Assembly: GCA_041743505.1 (NCBI GenBank)
Contig: JBGTMQ010000021.1
Coordinates: 521 to 64,520, forward strand
DNA length: 64,000 bases
From: Candidatus Saccharimonadia bacterium
GTDB taxonomy: Bacteria > Patescibacteriota > Saccharimonadia > UBA4664
Direction: 5' to 3'
Shown piece by piece: positions 9,615 to 19,616 of this stretch. Every line of letters begins with the position of its first letter. The first letter of the stretch is position 1. Below the pieces are notes generated by a model, which saw nothing but the letters and a program-made list of their open reading frames with translations, did not search any database and was not told where the DNA came from. A program made the position numbers and the translations under genes.

Positions 9615-10952
9615 CTACGGCGTGGCGAGGAGCTGCAACTGGATCTCGTAGTCACCTTCAATGTCCTGGCGCTGCCGGAGGCGGCGTGTGGTGTCCGCCT
9701 TGATCCGATAGAACGTTACCATCGCCTTGTGGTGGGTCGGGTCGCCGTTGTTCCAGACGATTTCCGGCTCGGCAATGACGAAGCCCTTGGCATTGGGCGG
9801 AGCAACCGCCTTGACGTCCTGGACGTCGTAACGGAAAAATCCGTGGTAGCCGCGGATTTCAGTCCGGAACTCAGCCGGCTCGCCGATCTGCTCCATCCCG
9901 GTAACCTGGAACTCAGGCTCGCCGGTGGTCATGGAATGACCCTTCGACGGATACTGTGTGAACCAAGTGTCACCGAGCTGCATCAGCGGCCGGATGCCGA
10001 TCCTCGCACGTCGCGGCAGCGGCACCACTAGCTTTTCCCAGTGCTGAGCCATGAGTTGCCACGTATTCCACCCCGGATGGACCGACGTCATCTCGACGCC
10101 TTCCGGGATGCCGACGAAGCGGCAGCCGTTCCCCCACTCGTGAGCACCGACGTCGCAGGTGAGGCTCTCGTGGTCCCCGTGGTGAACTTGGGCCAGCCGG
10201 CCGATAGACAGGAGGTGCGCCAGAGCGGTACCCTCCTCGACCGGGCGGTGGTATGGGCAGTTGGCCGCATCTCCAATCTGCAGCAGGAACGGATTTTTCC
10301 TGTCCCAATGGTGCGTGAGCAGGCGTAGCCACTGGACGGATTCGTAATTCTGGGGACCTATCGCGTCCCTGAGACCAAGATGGTCCTCAGGCACGATGAG
10401 AAGCTGCTCGTAGTGCCAGTTGCGGGCATGACGAGCGTGGTGGGCGATGTAACTGAGGGCCCTCCGCTTTCCCCCGCAACGAGCGTGGAAAAGCGGGTCT
10501 CTCCGGGCGTCAGCGTGACGAAGGTAACTCAGGAAAGGGTACTCGTAGCGCCGGACGTACGACTCGTAATCGACAATGAAGACTTCGCCGTAGTGGCCGT
10601 CTTCGAGCTTGTGGAACTCCTCGATGGAGATCCGCCCGCCCCGATTGTTGCGCTCCTTGTCGGCGAATTCGTGCCGGTAGGCCGCGACAATGCCGTCACG
10701 TGTTGCCATTGGACCCACACCGTGGGCCACGATGATGATCTTGCGGCCGGAACGGCCGATGCCGACGTACTCCGCCGAGAGCGTGGTGAACCACGTCTCC
10801 CACGGAACACTACCGGGTTCAGTCGCCAGCCGGGCACCGATGATGTCCGGCAAGATAGCGATACGCCCGGCCTGCCCGATGTACTGACGCGACATCTGCC
10901 AAGTCGGCACGAGGCCCTTGCTGTGATAAAACGCCATGGCCTGCTGGCCCAT
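9615..10952 (-). CDS. hypothetical protein (445 aa), GC-rich, His-rich motifs (possible metallo-hydrolase)
   Basis: AGGAGG 8 nt upstream of ATG. The embedded ORFs on other frames look spurious. Confidence 0.45.
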   Translation of the reverse strand: MGQQAMAFYHSKGLVPTWQMSRQYIGQAGRIAILPDIIGARLATEPGSVPWETWFTTLSAEYVGIGRSGRKIIIVAHGVGPMATRDGIVAAYRHEFADKERNNRGGRISIEEFHKLEDGHYGEVFIVDYESYVRRYEYPFLSYLRHADARRDPLFHARCGGKRRALSYIAHHARHARNWHYEQLLIVPEDHLGLRDAIGPQNYESVQWLRLLTHHWDRKNPFLLQIGDAANCPYHRPVEEGTALAHLLSIGRLAQVHHGDHESLTCDVGAHEWGNGCRFVGIPEGVEMTSVHPGWNTWQLMAQHWEKLVVPLPRRARIGIRPLMQLGDTWFTQYPSKGHSMTTGEPEFQVTGMEQIGEPAEFRTEIRGYHGFFRYDVQDVKAVAPPNAKGFVIAEPEIVWNNGDPTHHKAMVTFYRIKADTTRRLRQRQDIEGDYEIQLQLLATP

Positions 10953-11118
10953 GATGCATGCCTCCTTCCCCGTTTAGGGGTTTTAGAGGTGGATATGAAG
11001 GTGCCGCACCATTATACCGCTTATTTTCCTGATTGGTGGACCTACGCTAGGCAGTTATCGGGGGTGAACCAAGGGGATCTTTTCGTGACTGATTATCTCC
11101 GATGCCAAAGGCAAAAAG

Positions 11119-13071
11119 TTGCAGCCTTGGTATAATCTGCTTATGCTAATCAAGCTAGACGAACTAAGGATGCTGCTGGGTCAATGGCATCCGAACGTCT
11201 TTAATCTCGCGAATCGACGCACGGCGCTGGTTGCAGGAATAATTTGCTGCCTGTTTTATGCTGGCTTGTTTGCTTTACCCAAGCGGGTAAGTTTCTCATA
11301 TGCAACTCCGACTTGCACTGGGGAGTTGGCGTTGTTGCCAGGTATGCACCGGGCGGTTGACGATGGGAAATTCAAGCTTGAGCACCGAGGTGGACTATCG
11401 GTGGGCAAGCTGAAACTTGCCTCCACCAAGATTTGTTTTGTCCCGAACGCTGCGCCCAGGCAAGGCGTGGTGCGGATGGCCAGCGCGCCGTTTGGAGGCT
11501 GGATGTTTAGGGGGCGATATGACGTGGCGGTGGGTGATGCGCCGCGAGTATTGGGCGCCGTGCGGCCAGCTCAGGCGTTAAGCCAGCCAGTGGAACTGGC
11601 GCTCAGCCAGCGCGACACGGTGTTTCGTTATTCTTTGTATGCAGATGGTAAAGCCCAGCCGTGCATCGTGAAGTCGGCACGGCTGATGTGTGGCGTTGAC
11701 AGACTTGGGCTCAAGCAAGGGACTGAATACGCGCTCAAGCTGCAGCGCTGGTTTGGCGACACAAAGGCCGGGGAAGCCAGCGTGGTCCAGATTACTATAC
11801 TGCCGGCCATTAAGGTAATTGGGGCATCAGTTAGACCCGACGAGCTAGTTTATACCAAGCCAAGAAGCTTGGATGTAGCACTTGATAAGCCGCCAGTGAC
11901 AGCTGCGGCCAAGCTTGAGCTGCTAGACGGGGACAAGGTGGCGCCGGTGAACGCCCGGGTGAAGGTGGATGGTGTGCGGGTGCTTTTGGCGTGGGATGAG
12001 GACCTGCCGCGCGAGAAAACATTCCGGCTGACGCTGACGGGCGCTGTGGCCGCGGACGGCAGCTTGCTCGACGGCGCATACAGCCTTAATTTCCGGACCT
12101 CCGGCGGCCCCACGGTGCTGGGCGTGAATATTGGGGGGGCCGGGGTGGCGGGTGATGCGCGGGTGGTGGTGACATTTGACCAGACATTATCCAAGGACAT
12201 TGATATTGCCCGCCTGGCCGGGGTGAGCGGTGGAGGCGCCATTATCTCGAGACAAGGCAAACAGGTGGTGTTCGCGTTGCGTGGCATTCCACCTTGCGGG
12301 GCGTTTACCTTGAACATTGCTCCGGGATTAGTGAGCGAAGACAGTGTAGCTTCGGGTCAAGGCTGGTCGCATGCTTCACGCATAAACTGCCGTTCAACCC
12401 GCACTATCGGCTACTCGGTTAGGGGCCGGCCAATCCAGGCGTACTTTTATGGAAGCGGCCCGACAACGGTTCTGTTTACCGGGGGCATCCACGGCGACGA
12501 GGCGAGCGGCACATACATTATGCAAGACTGGGCGTCGCACCTTGACGTGAACGGCTACAAGATACCGGCCGGTAAGCAGGTGGTGATAGTACCAAACCTC
12601 AACCCAGACGGTATCGCCCTGGGCCGGCGCTATAACGTAAACAACGTCAACATTGACCGCAACTTCCCGTCGAGCGACTGGATATCTGACATATCGCTGG
12701 TGAACGGGCAGGTGTTGCCGCGCGGCGGTGGTGTTGTCCCGTTATCGGAGCCGGAGACGAAGGCTATCGCCGACCTAACCAGCAGCCTGCAGCTGAGAGC
12801 CGCGATTTCGTATCATGCCTCGGGTGCGGTGGTTGGGGCCAACAAAGTGGCTGATTCGGTGGCTATTGGCAGCCGGTACGCTGCGGGTGCGGGCTACGGG
12901 ACGGTGTTTTATGACCCGGAAGCGACGTTCGGATACACCTTAACCGGCGAGTACGAGACGTGGATTGGCGAGAAGCTTGGCGCTCCGGCCATACTGATCG
13001 AGCTGCCGACTAAGGGTGGGCGCTATTTCTCCCGTCACCTAAACATGCTTTGGAGTATGGTTAGCTTGTAG
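11119..13071 (+). CDS. secreted/membrane-anchored zinc carboxypeptidase (M14 family, gamma-D-glutamyl-diamino-acid peptidase-like) with N-terminal Ig-like repeat region
   Basis: C-terminal domain carries HGDE, NLNPDG and NIDRNFP motifs of M14 peptidases. N-terminal hydrophobic anchor. Alternative start ATG 11143. Confidence 0.6.
   Translation: MQPWYNLLMLIKLDELRMLLGQWHPNVFNLANRRTALVAGIICCLFYAGLFALPKRVSFSYATPTCTGELALLPGMHRAVDDGKFKLEHRGGLSVGKLKLASTKICFVPNAAPRQGVVRMASAPFGGWMFRGRYDVAVGDAPRVLGAVRPAQALSQPVELALSQRDTVFRYSLYADGKAQPCIVKSARLMCGVDRLGLKQGTEYALKLQRWFGDTKAGEASVVQITILPAIKVIGASVRPDELVYTKPRSLDVALDKPPVTAAAKLELLDGDKVAPVNARVKVDGVRVLLAWDEDLPREKTFRLTLTGAVAADGSLLDGAYSLNFRTSGGPTVLGVNIGGAGVAGDARVVVTFDQTLSKDIDIARLAGVSGGGAIISRQGKQVVFALRGIPPCGAFTLNIAPGLVSEDSVASGQGWSHASRINCRSTRTIGYSVRGRPIQAYFYGSGPTTVLFTGGIHGDEASGTYIMQDWASHLDVNGYKIPAGKQVVIVPNLNPDGIALGRRYNVNNVNIDRNFPSSDWISDISLVNGQVLPRGGGVVPLSEPETKAIADLTSSLQLRAAISYHASGAVVGANKVADSVAIGSRYAAGAGYGTVFYDPEATFGYTLTGEYETWIGEKLGAPAILIELPTKGGRYFSRHLNMLWSMVSL
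11128..11136 (+). promoter_or_regulatory. extended -10 element TGgTATAAT
   Basis: tggtataat lies 7 nt before ATG 11143. If used, the mRNA would be leaderless from ATG 11143. Confidence 0.35.
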
Positions 13072-13082
13072 AGGTTTTAACA

Positions 13083-13117
13083 AAAGCGGCCACCCCAGGG
13101 ATTCCGGGGCGGCCGTA
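13083..13117. terminator. imperfect GC-rich hairpin between convergent genes
   Basis: cggccacccc...ggggcggccg. Confidence 0.35.
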
Positions 13118-13136
13118 TGTAGATATGTGAAGCACT

Positions 13137-13760
13137 TCAGGGTTTGAGTTGAGGAGGGTCGGGCGATAGATCGGGGTCGCTATGAACGAAGTTCATTGGG
13201 CTGGCCATTTCCAGATCGGCTAGAGCCTGGATGCCGGCCGCGTCACCGTAGTTCTCACAATCCGCCACCAGCTCGCCTTCGTGATTGCGCACCTCGATAG
13301 CCAGGCCGGTGTCGCGCACCAGCCAACCGCCCGGGCTGCGCTTTAGCTGGGCCCGGATGAGCGCAAAGGCGATGGCTTGCCAGCGGCCTTCCGGCGCCCG
13401 CTGGCGCATCTCGCGGTCTTCCTGGTTCAGTGCATCGCACCGGTCGCGAACGTTCGAGATGTTGCCGTCCTCCCATACCTTGGCGCCGGTCAGGCAGTCA
13501 AAGATGTAGGGATTGGTTACCTGGGCGCGAGCCTCCCGGTTTAGCGCATCCGCATGGGAGTAGGCTTGGGTCCTGGAAGGGGAACTAAAATCGCTACCTT
13601 GTACTTGGTAAACGATATTGGTGGTCTCTGAATCAAACACGATCCAGTAGTAGTCGTAATCCAGCCACTTGTTTACGACCCGATACCGATCGGGCGGCGC
13701 CTCGGCGGCCCGCACAACATACCGTGGTTTGATGGTGGCTTTTTTCTTGAATAGGAACAT
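13137..13760 (-). CDS. hypothetical protein (207 aa)
   Basis: Clean ORF with no recognised motif. Confidence 0.45.
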   Translation of the reverse strand: MFLFKKKATIKPRYVVRAAEAPPDRYRVVNKWLDYDYYWIVFDSETTNIVYQVQGSDFSSPSRTQAYSHADALNREARAQVTNPYIFDCLTGAKVWEDGNISNVRDRCDALNQEDREMRQRAPEGRWQAIAFALIRAQLKRSPGGWLVRDTGLAIEVRNHEGELVADCENYGDAAGIQALADLEMASPMNFVHSDPDLSPDPPQLKP

Positions 13761-13838
13761 CCTTCACCTCGCGGGAGTAGGCCAAGCGTGGACTTCAATG
13801 TTATACCATTGAATGATGTGATTGTAAATTACGTTGAG

Positions 13839-15467
13839 CTATTTTGTTTTGTATTTGGCGGCTTTTTCTGCGGCTCTTCTCGCGTATTCTTCCTCGGCTC
13901 TTTCCATCAGGACCCGAAGTGAATCTTCATGAGTGCGATAATACTCTATGCCCTCTTCGACCGTGGTGATCTGGCCACCGAGTTGCGCGTCGTAGAGAGA
14001 TTCAAGCACAGGCTTAAATGACGGCCCAGGTGTTAGGCCCAGCCACATGATTAAATCGTGCCCCTGCACGACAGGTTTGGCGGGCTTTTCCGATACCTGC
14101 AGGACGAGTGAGCGCTCATAAATACTCCAGGAAGCCGTTCTGTCTCTATACGGACCGCCCGTCCCGTTGGCATCACTGCGAGAAACTAGATCCCACAGCC
14201 GAATATTGGCAGGCTGCAGGCGCTGAGAAAACTTTTGGAGCGCTTTGTCGGTCGGTTCGGGATTATGAACATGATACAAATGGTCCCTTACAATTGGCAC
14301 AACTTTAGCTAAAACATCATTTTTAATTTTCAAACCCGCGAGAAAGCTTTTGGTGGGTTCGACGCCGGCGCCCTCATGGCCGTGAGCCGTAATTCTGACG
14401 ACACCGTGCTTTTCCCGTTGTTCGGTAGTAGTGGCTTTTCCGAGGTCATGGCAAAGCGCGCCATATAGGACGACCAACTTTTCGTCACCGGTTAGTCCTT
14501 CGCGACGGACGACTTCGGCGGCAGCGTCGGCTACAAGCTTAGTGTGGTTCCAAACATTGCCTTCGGGGTGCCAATCCGGCTCTTGTTCGATTTGGCTGAG
14601 CACCTCTAATTCGGGGTGAAGCTGGGACAGTACCCCCAACTCTTTAGCTACCTCTAGCCCGATACTGGGCCGGGGAGATTTGGTCATAAGTTTATTCCAC
14701 TCGTCACCGATACGTTCAGCAGGCAACTCTGCTAAGTCCAACGACCGGCATATTTCAGCCGTCTGGGGGTCAACTTTAAAACCGAACCGGCCGGCAAATT
14801 GCATAACGCGCAATACACGCAGCGGGTCATCGCCAAACAGTTCCGGATCGGTAGCGCGTAGTACGCCGTCTTTGAGGTCCTGGAGACCACCATACTCATC
14901 AATGAGCTCTCCGGTGAGGGGATTTAATGCCAAGGCATTGATGGTGAGATCCCGGCGCCGGGCCGCATCTTTGACAGACATTTCCGGATTTCCTGTGACC
15001 TGAAATCCCTTATGACCCCGGTCAACTTTTGAATCTTCGCGGGGAATGGAGAAGTCCAGAATACTGCCCGTTTCCGGGTTGGTAACCTTGGCGATGCCAA
15101 AGCTTGCCCCTACCAGGTCGACGCGGCCCAGCGCTTCGAGCTGTTGCACCATGGCGTCAAACGGCAAGCCATAGACTTCCACATCGATATCCTTTGAGGT
15201 CTGAGGATTGCCGGTAATGCGCTCAAGGGCCGCATCCCGGGCGTACCCGCCGACCGCCAGCGCCAACCCCCCGCTTTCGCGTACCGCCGTAGTGATCTGA
15301 GTGCAAAACCCCAGATCACTAGCAAAGTCCGGCTCCACCTCCCGCTTAGCACGGTCGGCAAAGGTTTGATGATTTAGCTCTAGGGCTGCCTCGTGTAGGG
15401 CTGCGTAGTCTATGCTGCTGGGGCCATTGTCGCCTTGATTGGCCTCGCCGTGCTCTGGTTTATCCAT
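13839..15467 (-). CDS. cca: CCA-adding tRNA nucleotidyltransferase with HD domain
   Basis: PolyA-polymerase head motifs GGYARD...DIDV...RRDLTINALA and HD motif HDLGK. Start MDKPEH at 15467; ORF extends to 15512. Confidence 0.7.
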   Translation of the reverse strand: MDKPEHGEANQGDNGPSSIDYAALHEAALELNHQTFADRAKREVEPDFASDLGFCTQITTAVRESGGLALAVGGYARDAALERITGNPQTSKDIDVEVYGLPFDAMVQQLEALGRVDLVGASFGIAKVTNPETGSILDFSIPREDSKVDRGHKGFQVTGNPEMSVKDAARRRDLTINALALNPLTGELIDEYGGLQDLKDGVLRATDPELFGDDPLRVLRVMQFAGRFGFKVDPQTAEICRSLDLAELPAERIGDEWNKLMTKSPRPSIGLEVAKELGVLSQLHPELEVLSQIEQEPDWHPEGNVWNHTKLVADAAAEVVRREGLTGDEKLVVLYGALCHDLGKATTTEQREKHGVVRITAHGHEGAGVEPTKSFLAGLKIKNDVLAKVVPIVRDHLYHVHNPEPTDKALQKFSQRLQPANIRLWDLVSRSDANGTGGPYRDRTASWSIYERSLVLQVSEKPAKPVVQGHDLIMWLGLTPGPSFKPVLESLYDAQLGGQITTVEEGIEYYRTHEDSLRVLMERAEEEYARRAAEKAAKYKTK

Positions 15468-15574
15468 AATTGCAGTATACGATATTGTCAAATAGCGGCT
15501 TGGTGTAACCAAAGATAGAGGCGGCCATTGTGTTAGCGGGTGTAACTAAAATTGAAGCCGGTAGTATTTTTAGT

Positions 15575-16171
15575 ATGAGGAAATTAATCGTACTAACATT
15601 CTTATCACTTGACGGCGTCATGCAGGCCCCAGGCGGCAAAGGCGAAGACCCCTCGGATGGGTTTGATCTGGAAGGATGGTCGTTTCCCTTCTTCGACGAG
15701 GCTATGGGCGTTGAGATGAGCAAGCAAATGGGTCAGCCGTTCGACCTGCTGCTGGGCAGAAAGACGTACGAAATATTTGCTGCCTACTGGCCGAAGCATG
15801 GTGATGCCAACCCTTTTTTTATTACGCCTAAGAAATATGCCGTCTCGAACGGGTCCGTTAATACCGACCGGGAAGAGACCATTCAGATAAAGGGCGATGT
15901 GGTCGAGGAAATAAAGAAACTAAAGCAACAAGACGGCCCCATGCTGCAGGTGCACGGAAGCAGTAATCTCATCCAGACTCTATTGGCGCATGATTTAGCC
16001 GACGAGTTGTGGCTCAAAACGTTCCCCGTTACGCTTGGTAAGGGCAAGCGGTTGTTTGGCGAGGGCACCAGGCCCGCGGCATTCAAGCTTGCGGAATCAA
16101 AGGTATCGCCGAGTGGCGTGATAATTGCTTCCTATAAAAGAGATGGCGAAGTAAAGCTCGGCTCTTTTTAG
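15575..16171 (+). CDS. dihydrofolate-reductase-family protein (RibD C-terminal domain, YwjB-like)
   Basis: MRKLIVLTFLSLDGV...GRKTYE...ELWL pattern of the RibD_C/DHFR-like family. Confidence 0.55.
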   Translation: MRKLIVLTFLSLDGVMQAPGGKGEDPSDGFDLEGWSFPFFDEAMGVEMSKQMGQPFDLLLGRKTYEIFAAYWPKHGDANPFFITPKKYAVSNGSVNTDREETIQIKGDVVEEIKKLKQQDGPMLQVHGSSNLIQTLLAHDLADELWLKTFPVTLGKGKRLFGEGTRPAAFKLAESKVSPSGVIIASYKRDGEVKLGSF

Positions 16172-16177
16172 ATTGAA

Positions 16178-16201
16178 GAGAGGGGCAGTTACGCCCCTCT
16201 C
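16178..16201. terminator. GC-rich stem-loop between convergent genes
   Basis: gagaggggc-agttac-gcccctctc. No clear U-run. Confidence 0.4.
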
Positions 16202-16221
16202 AGCGTGAACCTGAGTAGCTG

Positions 16222-16470
16222 CTACCAGTGAAAAGCCCGCCACTCCGCTACTTGCATGGCTTTGTCCAGGCGGAGGTTGTAGACTTCCATGATTTTCTGC
16301 ATGTTCTTGCCATCATATTCCTGGGCGACTTCGCGAGCGTCCTTGCCTGCTTCTACAAACACTGGGTAGTACTCGTAGTCGAAGTTGTCGCGGACGACAA
16401 TCAGGTGGGTTGCTCCCTGGCCGACGCCTCTGTCGAACCACTCTGTGATTTCTGACTTGGTAGTGACCAT
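16222..16470 (-). CDS. small hypothetical protein (about 82 aa from MVTTK...)
   Basis: ORF 16222-16551 with internal start at 16470. Confidence 0.4.
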   Translation of the reverse strand: MVTTKSEITEWFDRGVGQGATHLIVVRDNFDYEYYPVFVEAGKDAREVAQEYDGKNMQKIMEVYNLRLDKAMQVAEWRAFHW

Positions 16471-16628
16471 TGCTTTCTCCCTAGGGCTGTGACGGAGGTA
16501 GAAAACAAAAACACGGCTATCAAGGTCCTGTCGACCTTGTAATAACCGCAATGGACGCTCTGGTGAGCCGCTGACCTATTACAGCTTTATTGTTGCACTT
16601 TTGTTATTAGTACACAAGCATTGGTGAG

Positions 16629-17282
16629 ATGGAGAAGCAGCAAGTCTGGCGATATATTGACTATTCTTGTGATATGTTCTATAATTATACGATGAGTACC
16701 TCACCGTTGCTGAAGGTTGATGATACCCACGTACAACAGAGATTGAAGGAGGTGCTGGGGCAAGTCGATGCCCTACAGCCCAACTTGGGCGACCACGAAT
16801 TCCTCTCCCGGACCAGCGCTAACGGATGCGAAGAGCGTATGCGCTTCGGCGACACGGTCTACCCCCAGCTGATCCTATCAGAGCTCCGGAGCGGCCAGAT
16901 CACTGACGGTCGAATGTCCGGCGTGAAGTTTGACTTCTTCGTGCATAACGAAGACGGCTCCAGTTGCAACGCGCACCAGTCGATTGCCAGCGCGGAGCTG
17001 GTGACTGTCACGGTGGCTCCCCACGAGGATGGCAGCTGGACCTCGGTCACCGATACCACTATCGTCCGGCTCAGCCGTATGTATAGTTCGGGTGATCAAA
17101 GCAACAACGCCTTGAGCGCAGTGCGGTCTCGCACCGTCAAGACCGAGGTGCATGGGCAGAACCATAGAGTCACCTCGACGACGACCGAGACGTCCAGCCA
17201 CGCTCTACTGGAGACGCTTGAGGAGCTCGATGAGGTCTTGGCCGCATTCATGGTCTTTGCCCGGGCCAACCTTACTATCTAG
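16629..17282 (+). CDS. hypothetical protein, GC-rich
   Basis: 217-aa ORF. Start may be internal (MSTSPLL at 16692). Confidence 0.4.
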   Translation: MEKQQVWRYIDYSCDMFYNYTMSTSPLLKVDDTHVQQRLKEVLGQVDALQPNLGDHEFLSRTSANGCEERMRFGDTVYPQLILSELRSGQITDGRMSGVKFDFFVHNEDGSSCNAHQSIASAELVTVTVAPHEDGSWTSVTDTTIVRLSRMYSSGDQSNNALSAVRSRTVKTEVHGQNHRVTSTTTETSSHALLETLEELDEVLAAFMVFARANLTI

Positions 17283-17292
17283 CCCGACCCCT

Positions 17293-17330
17293 TGGCCCTG
17301 TTGATGGATGCGCAGGCTTCATCAACAGGG
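17293..17330. terminator. 12-bp perfect stem-loop between convergent genes
   Basis: ggccctgttgat(g)...atcaacagggcc. Confidence 0.4.
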
Positions 17331-17543
17331 CCCCGAAAACTAGCCCTACCGACAGGAGACCTCGCGGTCTCTTTTTTAGAGTGCCAGCTGTTCCAATTTG
17401 GGAACATAGTTAAGACGGGCGGTGAACTACTGCGAATCGAGTTGGGACTGCGGATCATTAGGGAAGAGGTCGAGCATCTTAGCGCGAAAGAACAATGATG
17501 ACCTCCAGCTATTAGCTGAAGGTCATTTGATATGCAGAGCATT

Positions 17544-18128
17544 CTAGCGCACTACCCGCATCCAGTCGTGGCCGAATTGGCCTTCGTCCCAGGGGCAGAC
17601 TGATTTAACCCAGAGCTGTCCGGGATCAGGCGCTCCTGTATCTGGATGGACGTTCTTGACGTAGATGACAATCTGGCAATTGGTGAAATACTTGTACGGC
17701 TTCTCGTACATGAGAGGATAGCGTGAACCAGTGAGGCCTTCACGATAGGCTCGAACCATCCGCATGGTGCCGCCGTGAGACACAACTACCCGATCGCTAC
17801 CCGTATCATTGGTGTCCCAATCTTCACAGGCGGCTGCCACCCGATCGTACACTCCCTGCCAGGGTCCGAATTCTCGCGGCTCATGGTGCCCCCGCCAATC
17901 GACTTCAGTCATTCGCATATCCGTGGACCATTCGATGCCGGGAAGGGCAAGTGAGTGAGCGGTTTCCACGGCTCGGCGTAATTCTGAGTGGATGCCTACG
18001 CGGAAATCCTGCTGGAAGTGAGTTTGTAGGTACTTGGCGGCGGCCTTCGCTTGCCGCTTGCCTTCCGCCGTCAGGCCCCAGCCGGTTTCGGCTGACGCTT
18101 GGCCGTGGCGAACGTGGATTTCAACCAT
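17544..18128 (-). CDS. histidine phosphatase family protein (phosphoglycerate-mutase-like)
   Basis: N-terminal RHGQ catalytic motif (EIHVRHGQASAE). Confidence 0.6.
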   Translation of the reverse strand: MVEIHVRHGQASAETGWGLTAEGKRQAKAAAKYLQTHFQQDFRVGIHSELRRAVETAHSLALPGIEWSTDMRMTEVDWRGHHEPREFGPWQGVYDRVAAACEDWDTNDTGSDRVVVSHGGTMRMVRAYREGLTGSRYPLMYEKPYKYFTNCQIVIYVKNVHPDTGAPDPGQLWVKSVCPWDEGQFGHDWMRVVR

Positions 18129-18171
18129 GCCGACCAGATTAACAGAAAACAGCGGCTTCGCAAAGTAGGAT

Positions 18172-18576
18172 TCAGGTAAGATCTTTATTTATCTTTGTGT
18201 ACTCTTTCACGTTACCAGCAAAACGTGTTAAAAAATCAGCTATAGTTTCAAGTTCTTTGTCTGTATAACTAGCTATTAGTTCATCTTGTCGTTTCCGAAT
18301 ACCCGCAAGCATTGGCCTGAGTATTTCCGCTAAATTCTGATTAACCTCAATCAGCACACCGCGTCTGTCTTTCGGGTTTGGTTTCCGTTTGATGAGCTTA
18401 GCTTTCTCTAACCGGTCAAGCATTGCCGTCGTTGAGCCAGTAGTGAGGCCGGTATGGCGGGCAAGTTCTGTAGGGGTTGAGATACCCTTAAGAAATAGGA
18501 GGTCAAGGCACTCCATATCAGCAACGTTCAGGCCTAGCTTTCTACTTGTTGCATTACGAAGTAAAACAGAGCACAT
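18172..18576 (-). CDS. MarR-family transcriptional regulator
   Basis: wHTH ...STPTELARHTGLTTGSTTAMLDRLEKAKLIKRKPNPKDRRGVLIEV... Start ATG 18576 with GGAG 6 nt upstream; ORF extends to GTG 18633. Confidence 0.7.
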   Translation of the reverse strand: MCSVLLRNATSRKLGLNVADMECLDLLFLKGISTPTELARHTGLTTGSTTAMLDRLEKAKLIKRKPNPKDRRGVLIEVNQNLAEILRPMLAGIRKRQDELIASYTDKELETIADFLTRFAGNVKEYTKINKDLT

Positions 18577-18645
18577 ATTGTACTCCCCGAGGGCTATAAC
18601 TACTTGTATTTCTAAATCCTGCTTTGAATCCACGATAAAATCTCA

Positions 18646-18675
18646 TTGACAGATAGCTTTAATATCAAGTATTAT
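18646..18675 (+). promoter_or_regulatory. sigma70-like promoter (-35 TTGACA, 18-bp spacer, -10 TATTAT) for the VOC gene
   Basis: ttgaca at 18646-18651 and tattat at 18670-18675, in the MarR/VOC divergent intergenic region. Confidence 0.45.
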
Positions 18676-18720
18676 GATTATATAATAACACTATAATGAT
18701 TGCAATAGAAAGGGTACATT

Positions 18721-19116
18721 ATGAAAATCTCATATACTAAAATATTCGTTGACGACCAAGACAAAGCATTGAAGTTTTATACCGAAAGCTTAGGCTTTGT
18801 GAAGAAAACTGACATCACCAATGAAGGCTACAGGTGGCTCACCGTTGTTTCGCCTGAGAATCAAAATGGCACCGAGCTTGTACTTGAAAAGAATGACGAC
18901 CCAGCAGCAAAGACATACCAAAAAGCGATCTTTGAGCAGGGTAGCGACGCCGCAAATTTTGACGTGTCTGATGTTCACGCAGAGTATGAACGATTGAAGA
19001 AGCTCGGTGTGAAGTTCACGATGGAGCCAACGGAAGTAATGGAGGGTGTGACTATAGCCGTCCTCGATGACACCTGTGGTAACTTGATACAAATACAACG
19101 AACGGGGCAAAAGTAA
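18721..19116 (+). CDS. VOC-family protein (glyoxalase/bleomycin-resistance fold)
   Basis: 131 aa. MKISYTKIFVDDQDKALKFYTESLGF... is typical of glyoxalase-like VOC proteins. Divergent from MarR. Confidence 0.65.
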   Translation: MKISYTKIFVDDQDKALKFYTESLGFVKKTDITNEGYRWLTVVSPENQNGTELVLEKNDDPAAKTYQKAIFEQGSDAANFDVSDVHAEYERLKKLGVKFTMEPTEVMEGVTIAVLDDTCGNLIQIQRTGQK

Positions 19117-19224
19117 GCTGTTCAGCTGGAAAGTAACGCACGTGGGGCATGCTAACATATTCTCATTTGAGAACTCCTCGCAGAGCGAGGAGTTTGTTTT
19201 CGCCTAAACCGTGTGGCGCCGGGA

Positions 19225-19479
19225 TCAGTGCAGGTCTTTACGGGCTTTGTCTACTTCGGCCTGTAGTAGTACTATCTGTCGACGCATTGACTGAAACCGA
19301 GGGTTGTCGCGGCGATTCTCAATCACCCGCCACAGGCCTTCTACCAGTAGCTCTGTCATAGTGCCGCCTTCGACGGCTAAAATCGCTTCGAGTTCAGTCC
19401 TTTCTTCTTCGGTGGCCCTCAAACGAAGGGCATCTTCACTTCGTTTGACTTGCATGCGATGACAATAGTCAGAATGCAC
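19225..19479 (-). CDS. small hypothetical protein, possible ribbon-helix-helix-like
   Basis: 84-aa ORF. Weak call. Confidence 0.3.
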   Translation of the reverse strand: MHSDYCHRMQVKRSEDALRLRATEEERTELEAILAVEGGTMTELLVEGLWRVIENRRDNPRFQSMRRQIVLLQAEVDKARKDLH

Positions 19480-19616
19480 GAAATGACTATACCAAGCGGC
19501 GGGGTATTTTCAAGTGCTCTGGACGTACCTTAATACAGCAAAGCGCCTCGCCGACCCGAAGGCCGGCGAATGCGGCGCTTGCTGGGTTGGCGAGGCGATA
19601 GTTGGAACTGGGTTAC

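Noticed and set aside
9970-12317. ORFs 9970-10332, 10041-10328, 10380-11135, 10529-10837, 11831-12317 overlapping the two large GC-rich genes
   Set aside because: Same GC artefact. They overlap well-formed genes on other frames/strands.
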